Shown here one piece after another: positions 26,131-38,400 of a stretch of 64,000 nt of DNA. The notes beneath the pieces are model-generated. The model worked only from the letters and a program-made list of their open reading frames with translations, had not been told where the DNA came from and made no database searches. Made by a program: the position numbers and the translations under genes. Each line of letters begins with the position of its first letter. Within the stretch, counting starts at the first letter, position 1. Source of the DNA: the human T2T-CHM13v2.0 reference genome, Homo sapiens. The stretch is taken from NCBI RefSeq assembly GCF_009914755.1, contig NC_060927.1; one strand, given 5' to 3'.

Positions 26131-27719
26131 ATGGTGGTGATGATGATGATTCCATCTGCTCCCTACAAATAGATAAACAAGGAAGAACATTTAAATGTGT
26201 ACAGAAAAGGGGAAAAATAAGGAAGAAGCAGATGGCTGGAACATTTCAATGGCAGCTGGCTCTCTGTTTCACTACTTCTGTCCCTTGCTGGGAATAGGGA
26301 GGCTTAATAAAGGAACCCTCATTGCTTTCTGTACAGCTGATTGGATTTGGAGGAGAGAGGGAAACACAGGGGAAACCATAAATAGATGCAGCTGTCTGAG
26401 TCCTCAGGTCTGTCCTTGGGAGAATATTTATTTAGCTCCAAGGAAACAGTTTTATTTGGCAAAGTATGATTTTAAAATTTCTTGCATCTGAATGCTAACA
26501 TTTCCTCTCTCCAACTAACTGCTTACTAACTTTAATAATGTGGCCCTATAGATAGCCTTTTCTGTAGCTACTAGTCTATCTAAAATTTAACTTGCTTGAT
26601 ATGGGCCTATCTCAGACTACATTGCATCATGTAGTGATGAGATGGGGTAGAAGTAGGAAAGAGAGTGGAAAACAGAACAAAAATACTATTAATAGATTTA
26701 AGGTCAAATTGAGCATGTGGGTTTAACGATAATCCTAATTTTCTCATCAGCAGGGTTTGCAATGGAAGGAAACTTGTGTGGATAAGTGTTTAGTCCTCAT
26801 AAAGAAGATTCAAAAGCCATTCCACTATTTTTAAGTAATGGAAATAATTTCACAAGCACAGAGCTGTGAAAATTTTAAAAAATGTATTCTTAACTATTAC
26901 TATTTTTCTATGTTTATCTAATGGCTTGATTTTTCTGGTGGCATGCTTAGCATCTTTAAAGAGAAAACTTGTTTCATTAAGTTAGTAATGTATGTTTCTG
27001 ATGGACATGTGTGCGACCATCTAGGGAGAAAGGAAGGAAAGAGGAGAAACTGGTGTAGAACTGAGCTCTGAGGTTCACCAAACTGCCATCTCTGCAGTTA
27101 CCAATGGGGCACTAGGGTTTTCTAGATTTTCTGCCATTTTCATTTAGTCAATTTCTAGCTGTAGGAACACACCTGTCTTTCAAGCTCAATGCAGCACTTT
27201 GTCAATTGGCCCCTAATGCAACACTCTGGGGCCACCACGTCTCAAAGATGGTCTGAAATGGGCTGTAAGACTTCAACTCCAAGGTGTGATACTGGGCCAT
27301 GGACTGCCTCATATCTGTCTACCTGTGAATGTTGTCTCAAGATCTACTTTACAGGTTCCTCTCCACCCAAATCTAAATGAAGGTATCCTTGGTTCCTCTT
27401 ACTCTTAGCATTTTGCCAGACAGGTTAGAAATCCTTTTAGGCTTATCTAGGATTCCAACGTACATGGATCTTCAGGGCTACCAATGGCCACATGCGTATC
27501 TCCTGGGAATGGAAATTCCTATAAACCCTCTGTATACAAACACTAGTAACTTTCTGGCCAACAACCCCACTTGGTTAGCTGCTATTAATGTTAGTGTTAC
27601 TCTCCATCCTTCCTCCCAATTCTGGTAATAAGTACAAAACCAGGTAAAATATCTTCTTAGAAGTTTGAGGTTGCTTTTAGATAGGGAGACTAATTTACTT
27701 CTATTGTCTCAGCATTATT

Positions 27720-27860
27720 TCTTTTTAACATTTACATTTTTTTTGTACCTAATAGGTGTACATATTTGGGGGATACATGTGATATTTTGTACATTCATGT
27801 AATGTGTAAAGATTGCATTAGGGTAATTAGGATGTCTACCGTATTTATCTTTTCTTTACC
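27720..27860 (-). mobile_element. L1MA-type 3' end fragment
   Basis: ggtgtacatatttgggggatacatgtgatattttg. Confidence 0.7.
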
Positions 27861-27928
27861 AGCATTATGAATATAACCCCTTTCATCCCTAAAATTGTTG
27901 CAATTTCAATGATAAAGTATAAGATCAC

Positions 27929-28330
27929 ATGTTTCAGTTTAGGTAAAATTATGCTGCTAGAATAAAGAGACCCCTAAAAACACTGGCTTAAATAATATGG
28001 ATATTTATTTCTTATGTAGAGTCCTGAGATGAAGTGTCATCCAAGTTGGGAGGGTCTCTTTTCCACAAGATCCTCCAGGAGCCAGAGTTCCCTCCATACT
28101 GTTATTCCGCCATCTCCTAAGTGGCTGGGTTTGTCTGCATGTTTAAGTCTGGGTCCTATGACCCAGCTCACAGGAAGAGGGAGAGGAAGTTGGTTACAGC
28201 TCACAGGAAGGGGGAGAGGAAGTATGAAGGAGAGTATGTCTACAGGTTGAAGGCCCAGAATCCAAAACCACACATATAGTTTCTGCCCCCATTTCTACTG
28301 GCAAGAACCCAGTTACATAGCCATGCAGAG
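27929..28330 (-). mobile_element. Old MLT1 LTR with a 33-bp tandem duplication (28164-28223)
   Basis: tgtttcagtttagg...cactggcttaaataa...tctactggcaagaacccagttacatagcca; cagctcacaggaagRgggagaggaagt occurs twice. Confidence 0.65.
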
Positions 28331-28679
28331 GGCCTTTTTCTAAGTTCTTTGCAAAGCAAAGCATGGGGCAAATACTTCTGTGCTATTTTATTAGGGAATA
28401 CCATGCCAAGAAGCAGAAGTGAGTAAAAAATTGAATGTGCAAGGAAGGAACAAGATCAAACAGGAGGGTGCATCACTGAGTTAGCTGACTCTTGGTATCA
28501 AGTGAGATCAATTGTTCTTGTGGGACCATGTCTTCTGAGAGGTCATGTATATGGTTGGAGAATCTATTCATTGGTTTTCATTTCCTATTGGTAAAAGGTT
28601 CAGAGACATTAAATCCCCTGAAGTTTCAAGTTGCACATCTTTTCTTCCTTGCTTTCTTCCTTCTATTCATCCACCCAAC

Positions 28680-29125
28680 ATATCCAACACAGTTCTTTAA
28701 TGTACAGTTCTATGAGTAAGGAAAAATGCATACAGTTGTGTAACTACCATCATAATTAAGATAAGGAAAAGTTCCATCATCTCAAAAAATTCCTTTTTGC
28801 TCATTATTAGTCAGCCACATAAACAACCATTCGTCTCTCTTCTGTTCCTATGTTTTACCTTTGTAGGAATGTCACATAAATGGAATCCCACTGTATGTAG
28901 ACTTAACATAATATATTGATGTTCATCCATGTTGTTGAATGTGTCAATTTTTTTATTGTTTAGTAGTATCTGTAGAATGGATATAGCACAGTTCAATGGT
29001 CCCTTCATTAGATGAAAGACATTTGGCTTTCATTTGGTATTCTTAGGAATAAGGTGCTTTAAATATTCACTGTTTAAAATATTACTGTTTCTGTATGAAC
29101 AGGTTTTCATTTGTCTTGTAAATCT
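28680..29125 (-). mobile_element. L1ME/MD-type 3' fragment
   Basis: tgtacagttctatgagt...gtaactaccatc...gttcatccatgttgttg...ggatatagcacagtt. Confidence 0.75.
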
Positions 29126-29323
29126 CGCAACATACTTGTGAGGTAGATATTAATATCTCTATAATACAGATGAAAAAATTGGGTCTCATGGAAGTTAAAT
29201 AACTGACCCAGTGTTACAGAGCTAGTTGAGTGTTGAAAACTGGATTTCAAGCCATGTGTCAAGCCCATGGTCTTGGAGAAAAAGACACATAAACAAATGG
29301 TTATATTACTAAGAACAAAGGTG

Positions 29324-29354
<31 letters not shown>

Positions 29355-29431
29355 CATATATATATATACACATATATATATATACATATATATATACATA
29401 TACATATATATACACATATATATACATATAC

Positions 29432-29503
<72 letters not shown>
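29324..29503. repeat. Long interrupted (TA)n/(TATATACA)n/(CA)n microsatellite
   Basis: ~180 bp of continuous alternating purine-pyrimidine sequence seen directly. Confidence 0.98.
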
Positions 29504-29504
<1 letters not shown>

Positions 29505-32500
29505 GTGCCAAACAAAACCATGGAATCTAAGAAAAGTGTGCCTAACCCTTTTCCTTCAGGCAATCATGGAAGTCTCCAGGTTAGATCTAAAATTCTGGGT
29601 CTCAAAGCGTGAGTAGGTGTCCTTTAAGGAGACAGATGGTAGAAGGGCTATATAACATAGGTATCCCAGTGACTTAGTTTTGTTGCCTCCTGCCTCCCAA
29701 GCACCTGGAACAGTATTCTACATATAGTAGGCATTCAATAAATATTTCTCAAATGAATGAATGCATTTTCACCAAAGGGCACAGCCTATGTAAGTGCAGG
29801 TCACTTGGTTCACATTAAATCCCCTTCCCTGATACATGGCCTCTCCTTCAGATGTTAGAGAAATTATTCAGTTGCTATTCATGGAAGCCTATGCAGAAAT
29901 TATGACATGATTTTTAAATTTCCAGTTGTCCAATGGCCACACCCTCCATCCTAAGCCCTGGGATTCAAGAGTCTTTATCTCTAACAAGCCCTATTCGACA
30001 AGCCAGGCCTTGGCCTCTGTGAACCACCACGAAGTGCAGACAAACAAAAGGGAGATGTGAAACTTTGGAGGCAGGCTTATCTTTCAGGGCTCTGCCAACT
30101 CCGTGCATGTCATGGATTCTGTTCCTTGTCTCTAAGGCACCTGCCCAAGTTCTTGCCAAAGAAGGCTAGAGCCCATGGAGTGGCAGGTCCCAGGAGACAG
30201 AAAAGGAAAAGGCAAGCTATTATTCAAGAAGCTCTCTTGAAAGGTGGGGTCTTAGTAGCTACGCTGGGGTGTCAGAAAGGCAGGTGGACTACCTTCTGTC
30301 CTTTATGTTTCCTTACTCTAAATGTAGCACTCGCTATTATAGAAATTTCACAAACACTATAAAACATAAGAGTCTAAAATTATCTTTATTCCAACATTGA
30401 AAGGGTAGTTCTTAACATATTAGAATTCATACTTTTATGTTTAGAGGCATACACAGGCACACAGACACATACAACAGAATGATCCCTGTAGCCTACTTTT
30501 CTACATAATCAAGGATCAGGAACATTTTGCATATCATTAACTATGAGTCAACCAGCTCATTTTAAATAGCTGCATTTTGTTTGAAAACTGGTTTAAACAA
30601 TTATGAGGATACACTTACCTTTAAGTCATTTATTGTTTTTTGGGAAAAAATCCTCATATGGTGGCTTTGGTGTGGGTTTTGGGTTTGAGTCTTACCTTCT
30701 GGCATTTTCAGTCTGCATAACTTTGAGCAAGGGACTTAAGTATGTTGCCTCAGCAGTAAAAGAGTACGATAATAATACCTAACTCATATGTCTCTTGCAA
30801 GGATCCAATGACATGATTCACATGAAATACTTGGCATGACACCCAACACACAGAAAGCCCTCTATACACATTAGCTATGATTAGTAAAAAAAAGAAAAAG
30901 AAAGTGCAAACAATACAGAAAAACATAAAATTTAAAAACCACCTACAATTTTCCCAACCAGAGATGACTGATGTTAACTGTGTCATATTACACGTGTGCT
31001 CCGGAAACCAATATATTGCAGGCATCTTTTCATCCCAAGTAAGTGCTCTATAGTCTCTATCATTGTTTAAAAATAACTGTAGAGCATTCCATTGATGCAA
31101 ATATGCCAGGATGTATTATTGACAACGAAGAAAATAAAGTTAAGTCCAATAGAGCACACGTCCTGAATTATAAGCCTGGCCAAATCCTCATTGTGCACAT
31201 TTCTAACACCAGCTAAGAATAATCTTGCTGCAAACTCAAGCTCTGCAGAGTCAGGAAGGATCTGAGAGCAGTGTTCCAATTTCCAAATCGGAGCTGACCT
31301 TGATTGTTCTAGGACATCACCCTTCACCTGCATACTATGCTATTGGCACTCAGAAGAATTAAAATGGGAAACAGTCAAGTTGTCCTGGTTGCTCCTGCTG
31401 ATTCAGCAAGCAGGGGACTCCTCCAGAGAATTCATGGTGGTTTGGCAGCCTGGGGTTCAGGCTCTGCTGAGGTTCCAGCCTCCTGGGGGCCAGATGAGGG
31501 GCAGACTTGTTTATACTGCATCCCAGACCAAACAGCTGGGGAAACTGCAACCCCTTTAATTTTGCCCTGCTGCCTTAAAGAGGAATTTGATTATACTACA
31601 CAAGGAAGAAGTTTCTTTTTCTCATTCCTTCTCTCTCCTTTCTTTCTTCCTTTGACTTTTTTTCCTTTTCCTCATTCTCTCCCTGACTTGTTTTTTTTTT
31701 TTTTTAACCCCCTCCTCTTCTTTTCTCTCTCTTTTCCTCTTTTATTCCTTCCACCTTCCATAACAAATAATTTTGGGAGAACGTTTTAAAAAGAGAGAAA
31801 TCCTTTATTTTTAGAGCCAGAAAGATTTTTTTCCTTTGGCCAAAGATTTGTTTGCAGCTGAAAGAACTAGTGAAATAAATGGGCCAAAGGCCTCTTTCTT
31901 ATTCAGGCAAAATGTCCATGGAAAGTACTGAAAAGGCCAAACCTCACGGTGACCTTAGAGATTATATTTTTGGAAGAAAAAGATTGGAGTTTGTTTTCTA
32001 CCCCTGCCCTGACCAGGCCGACTTCCAGCACTCTGACCCAGCCCCTCCAGTTGGGAAGTCCATTCCTTTAATCAAAGGAAATGGAGTGGAATTCAAGAGA
32101 CGGACAGATCATCTCCTAGCTGTATGTCATGTGCCAATCTGACAAATATCAGTTCTACATTCTCTTCCAAGGCATTAATCAACATATTCCATGGGATGAA
32201 GATCTGTGGTCTTCAATTAGAGCCCTCAGTTCAATCCCTATTTATTTATTAGAAAGGCAAAAAGGGTAGTGTAGTTAAATGCATGAATCCTAACTCTTTT
32301 ATTTACATGCTTTGGGTCTTCAAGAATATGACTCAGTCTCTTCAAGCCTCCATTTATCCATCTACAAAGGTAGGAATAACAATGGCACCCATCTGGCAAG
32401 GTGGTGTATGCAAAAGGCTTAGTGCAGTACCTGGCTCAGGCAGTTTGCAGTCATTGGTAGTAATTATTAATAATTCAGTTAGCTGTGAATCCAACTCATC

Positions 32501-32749
32501 AAATTATGATCTAGCCCATGCTTTCCAAAAGGAAAAGCACATATCTGTTTATCAAATGCTCTTGCTGGAATTCAAGTGCATGCTGTCTGGAATATTTTAT
32601 TGATCTATCAAAAATAAACTACTAAAAGAGGAAATAAAGTTATCCCAGGATGACTTGAACCTCTGCACGCTCCCATCCATCTCTGGCTGAACTCATTTTC
32701 CTAAATGTTCATAAAATGTATATAATAACAAGATTATGAATGCTAGATA

Positions 32750-32945
32750 CACTGCCTTATAGTTTCTAGAATCCACATTTTTCTCATGTTTGAAAACTGG
32801 AATAACATATTCCTGTCTCCAATTCCCTGGCCTTGCTCCCAGTCTCTGATTTCTCTAAGATTGCTGACAGTGGTTTTGTAATCACATCTGCAAGTTCTTT
32901 CTGTATTCTAGAATGTAATCCAACTTGAACTCATTAAATATCTAG
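32750..32945 (-). mobile_element. L3/CR1 LINE fragment
   Basis: gatttctctaagattgctgacagtgg...catctgcaagttctttctgtattctagaatgtaat...acttgaactcatt. Confidence 0.55.
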
Positions 32946-33982
32946 TTCTTCTTTTATTATCTCTTGTGCTATCTTGAGCTTTCATTCTCTCTTTAAAAAC
33001 ACGTGTCTTTGTATATATAAAAGTAATACATATGCATGGCTAAACATTTCAAAAATATGGTTAAGCAAAATGAAGAGGTAGAAAGTCATTAGTAATCCTA
33101 GCATGCTGAGATAATAGTGCTTCCTGATTTGCGATAAAACCTTCTAGTATTTTTCTTTGTAAAAATAGATACACAGGCTGTTGGATAAATAAAGCATGAA
33201 CATATTTCCATATAATTAGTTCTTTTTTTCTACAACCATATTTTTAGTGTTAGCATACGATTTCAGTGTAATAATGTGAGATAATTTTTACTGAGCTCAG
33301 CCCCTTTGGTTGAGCATTTTGGCTTTTTGGCTATGAGCTGTATTATTAGTGTTACAGTCACTACTTTGATAAAAGAAGTAGGCGTTCAGTAAATAGTTGT
33401 TGATATCCTTAAGTAAGGAGGCTCCAGAGGCATGACAATGTTGACTTCACAAGTAGAGACACTCTACCTTGATGCCTCTTGTTCTCATGCTAGATGGCTG
33501 ACCTCAGGCAAGTCACTCCACTCTTCAGGGACACAGTTTTCCTTTTGAGAATTCTCTCCTGGTAAGGAGTGGGGGTGACAGATAGTGGCTTCCAGAATGG
33601 ACTCTTGTAAAGGTTAAGTGCAACAATGAATATAGATGCTTGCAGCATAGTGCTTGGCTCTTAGGAAGGACCCAATAAATGATAGCTATTCTTACTAATA
33701 TTATTTTTGTTATAAGTTTTTATATGGTCCAAGGTCTATGTACTTTGAAAGTAAAGATGTTGTTGGAGGTCAATGAGTCCCTTAATTCAGGGATTTACAT
33801 TTTGAGCTCAATGCAAAGTGCGTGGAATCTGATAGCACACTGTAGATAATATTAATATGAAGACTCATGCAGAGGCACTCACATAATATGTATAATTAAC
33901 TCTGCTATAACAAGATATATGCATTTGTAAAAATCATCATGCTAGGCAAAGCACCACAGGTATCATGAGAGATGGGGTATGG

Positions 33983-34232
33983 CAGTGGTTCTCAACCACT
34001 CACAATCCTCCATGACTTTCTCTCTCTCCTCAGGCTATATTTGGCAATGTCTATAATCACTTTGGGGTGCTACACTGGGGAGTAGAGGAATCAGGGCTAC
34101 TAGCATCTAGTGGATAGATGCCGGCCAGGGTGGTTGCTAAACATCCTACAATGCACAGGACAGCCCCACCCCGCTCCTCCAGCAAAGAATTATCCAGCCG
34201 AAAATATCAGCATTGCTGAGGTTGAGAGACCC
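33983..34232 (+). mobile_element. MER20
   Basis: cagtggttctcaacc...atttggcaatgtct...tgctaaacatcctacaatgcacaggacagcccc...gctgaggttgagagaccct. Confidence 0.9.
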
Positions 34233-34289
34233 TAGGTTTGAGGGCACAAAACTCAAAAACTTGTCAATGACACATCAAAAAACAAAACA

Positions 34290-34639
<350 letters not shown>

Positions 34640-36560
34640 TTAACCCATGTTAAATGGTTAAGACATGCATAGATACAATAAATATTGCACTTTTCCTTGT
34701 CAAAGACTTGGAATCTGCCTGTGGAAGTCAAAGTGGAAAGGGTTGCTGCTTTTGAGCTATTGTGAAGTGGTGGGAGGGGGTTATGTAGAATCAGAAAGAA
34801 AGTTGCAGCACCGGATGTGCATGGTGTGGCTCATGACAACGTGGTGGACTGAGATAGATGACAGATGGTGGAGGTGTATGCATTTTGTGTATTCCTATCA
34901 GGTGCAGTTCAGCTGGGTACAGTTTTCTGCATTCATCTAGTGTTTCTAGGGGATGAAATTGTGTATAAGCAAACGTGAAATCCAGTTATGTTCAAATTGT
35001 TCCCTAATATATCAATACCGTTGGAACAAATTCATGATTTCAAAACAAGTCTTATAGCAGAACTGACTTTACGTACTTAATTGCACTGAATGGACTTGAC
35101 GAAAACTGTAATCTACAGCACCAGTGATTCTTAAAAGTATAGCAGACGTTATTAGCAAAGAGATTTTTAACCCATAGAAATTACCAAACAGAAATGTTTT
35201 AGGGAAATAAGTAGGGCCCCCTTTACACAAACTCTTTCACATGCCACTGTCACAAGACTTTTCCATGACCTGGCAAGTGGCTCATACTATTAATAACAAA
35301 GTCTACTTAAAATCTTGTATAATGCTGAAACAGTTAAGGGCAAATTATATGATACGGAACATTTGCTTCAAAATAATCTGGGTTTGGACAGTACGTGGGA
35401 GGTGCTAATAGGAAACAAGATTGGCCATGAGTTGAATGAAATTAGGAAATGAAAACATAAGGCTTGGTTATCATCTTCTCCCTACTTTTGAATAATAAAT
35501 AGAAAAAGAAGAGTAATCCATTTAAAAATCATGTATAAGCAGTGGATTTGCAAGCAGGTTCGTATAAATACTGATTTTAAAATAGAGATGCCATTTTTGA
35601 ACGTACGGTTTGTGTGTTGCCACTGTAATGAAATATCATGCTAAAGACATGGGCTGGGCTGAAAGTATTTAAAGCATGCTTACTTTCTTCAGGTTCCAAA
35701 AGATGGGCTATGCTGAGTAGAGCATGATGTTTAACAAAGGCAGTTGTCAAAGGCAAAAAATTAACATTCAAGTCACGGTCAGTGACAAGACAAAATACTT
35801 GGAGTGGAGTTTCACCGAGCTGAGAATATAAGAAGCCCTAACAGGGGAGGTGAGACTGAGTCAGGACGTATGTTGATTCTCTCCGTGGGAAACTTGACTA
35901 AGCAGAGAATCCCTGGTTATGAGCATGGATGAGCGTTAGAGCTTGACCTTGCCAGGGAGGCCTGGTTTCACTAAGTGGCCTTGGGCACTAATCTAATCAC
36001 TGTGAGAAATTTTATTTCCCTTCAGGTTTGTGAAAACTGGATTCTCCTTGTAATGAAAAAAAAGTGAGATGTAAAGAAACAACAAAATGGATGCTTGTGA
36101 TAATAAAGACATAAATTGGAATAAACTCGCAAAAACTCCTAAGTGATTTTGAGTCGCTCTATGGAGGATCTGATGAAAACTAGAAATACTCTCCCCAGAA
36201 AAAATACACATGTGAATTCACAAAACGCTTGCCTGTCTATGAATTCACAGACCCTTTAGTATCCATTCGGGACACTGGGTTGAGAACTGGAATTAGAAGC
36301 TGTGATTGGTCCAATCCAAGGTTGCAGTGAGGGGGATACAGGTTACATGTGCAGCTGTTGCTTCTGATGTGTTTCTCCAGCCTGAACTACTTCTACTCTC
36401 CACGTTCTGCTCCATTCTTTAAAGACCCCCTGCTTTTGGGAGGCCTTTCTCAGCCTGTGCTATCTACAGAAGTTTTTCCTCTGAACTCACAGTAACTCTC
36501 AGTGTTGCTATTTTGGTCCTTAAGCATACATTCTCTTTGAATGCTTATCTCTGGATGCCT

Positions 36561-36612
36561 GAGAGAGAGAGAGAGAGAGAGAGAGAGTGTGTGTGTGTGT
36601 TTGTGTGTGTGT
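36561..36612. repeat. Compound (GA)n(GT)n microsatellite
   Basis: Seen directly. Confidence 0.97.
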
Positions 36613-37914
36613 CACCTGTCTAACTTGACTGCAAGCAACTTGAGAGCAAGACCATTTATCATACTTCCTGGTATAGCCTCCAGTATCATGTAGAGAACTA
36701 ACAGACGGGCAGACATGTGGTTACAAAGTAGGTTCCCCTACTTTATAGGGGATATATATATCTCATATATATATATAAATTCATTCCAATATAGAATGAA
36801 TTAATGAATTCATTCCTCATTATGGAATGAATTAATGAATCTTCTACTCCTTTCCTTACTCCTTCCCCTAGTACTTTAAGCTTAGTGCTCTCTGTCACTT
36901 TTGTCTGGAGCACTTTTCTCTACCAGAAATCCATAAGAAACTCCCATGGGGGTCCTGAGGATGAAAGCTCAGAGCTCTCAGGGAAGTCCTCCATCTTCCA
37001 GTTTCTTCCTCTCTCTGCCTCTGCCCTGCTCCCTGGTTCCATTTCCATCAGCCTCTGGAAGACCTCTGTCAGGTACCTATGCGCAGCACATCACATGGCA
37101 ATGATTCCCTGTGACATTGCTAAGAATACATAAGGTGCCTTGAGTACGGGGTGCTCAGATGAACAGGTTTACTTGCTTATTCATTTATTTTAATGTGCAT
37201 TTGTAACATTGTAACCATATATCCTGCCCATAATTTCCCAGAGAATATTGATTAGGATGAATCTAAATTTTAAAATGAGAGAATAAAGAAAAATAGTAAG
37301 TAAATAATAGTTTGCTTTCTACGGTTTTATATCAGAATTTGTGCAGGTGGGGTGAATGTTCATATTTTCTGAGCACCAGGTGGGCCATTAACAGGCAGAT
37401 GTGTTCTTAACATAAATGTCTTCATGTCCTTCTCCCTTCCTAGGAGGCAGCCCTAGGATGGCAGGGACAGGGTCTGAACCAGCCATGTAACTCCGAGAAC
37501 TGGTGCTCAGGGATGGTTGGCTGAATTGAGTCATGCTGTATTGAATTTAAAAATTCTGTCTCAACATTAGCTTTCCCTCCTCAAAACACTATTGTGTCTA
37601 TTCCCTGGAACAGAGGGAAAGCAGGAAGATGGGAAGGAAAATCACAGCTCTGCTTCTCCTCAACACATCTCCAAGTGGTCCAAACAGACCACTGCAGAAG
37701 CCTAGCCTAATTGAATCGCACTGTTTGCCCTTGTTTATCTTCTTCTTCTTTTTTCTATCCAGCTCTAAAGCCTACTTATGGATGTGTAAAGAGCTTTCTT
37801 TGACTTTAACACAATTAGCCAAGGATTCTCAGAGCCTCTTCATCACAAGGGCAGGTTTCACCCACCCAAGCATTTGCTAACATCACAGAACAATGATGAT
37901 TACCTAGCTAATGG

Positions 37915-38400
37915 TGGAGGGGCGGGGGTTACGGAAAGAGAGGAAAAGCAAAACATCAAAATTGCACAGAGGGAAAACTTAGCCAACTAACACCTGCCAG
38001 AAGAGACTAGAGGGTGGGGCTGGAGTAAGCAGGTTCCGCTAGACTCTTCCCTAGGGAGGCTGCTAAAGCTTCCCAACTCTGAAGGTCTTTGTGTGAGAGG
38101 TGAGGGGTGGGTGGAAGTGAGTGAGTCCTGCCTGGGAGGCAAACAAAGAAAGGAAAAGGGAAAGGCAAGGGTGCTTCCACTTCTCAAGGTAACATACTTG
38201 AATGAATCCAGCATTGAAATTAGCCCTAATCACTGGTGATTCATTTTGAAAAATCACAAAGGGCTTTTTCCCCCTCCGTTTCCGCTTTAGGGATTTCCCA
38301 GGCTAAAAGGGCAGCCCAGTTTGAGTCACTGGTTTTAAGAAATCAAGAAATGATAACGTGAAACAGATCAACTGCACTCCTGAGGGCTGTTAACCCCGTG
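37915..38400. promoter_or_regulatory. Candidate signal-inducible enhancer or promoter
   Basis: GC-box ggggcgggg (~37918), GGGTG boxes, kB site GGGATTTCCC 38290-38299 and AP-1 TGAGTCA 38322-38328, in non-repeat DNA with several CpGs. Confidence 0.5.

Noticed and set aside
29107-29563. Four overlapping YI-repeat ORFs
   Set aside because: Translations of the (TA)n microsatellite.
30612-30700. Two strong minus-strand donors (AAG|gtaagt and AAG|gtaaga)
   Set aside because: No convincing acceptor at exon distance upstream on that strand.
31337-31789. 150-aa ORF with a Phe/Leu-rich tail resembling a membrane segment
   Set aside because: The tail is a stop-free pyrimidine tract; no recognisable homology.
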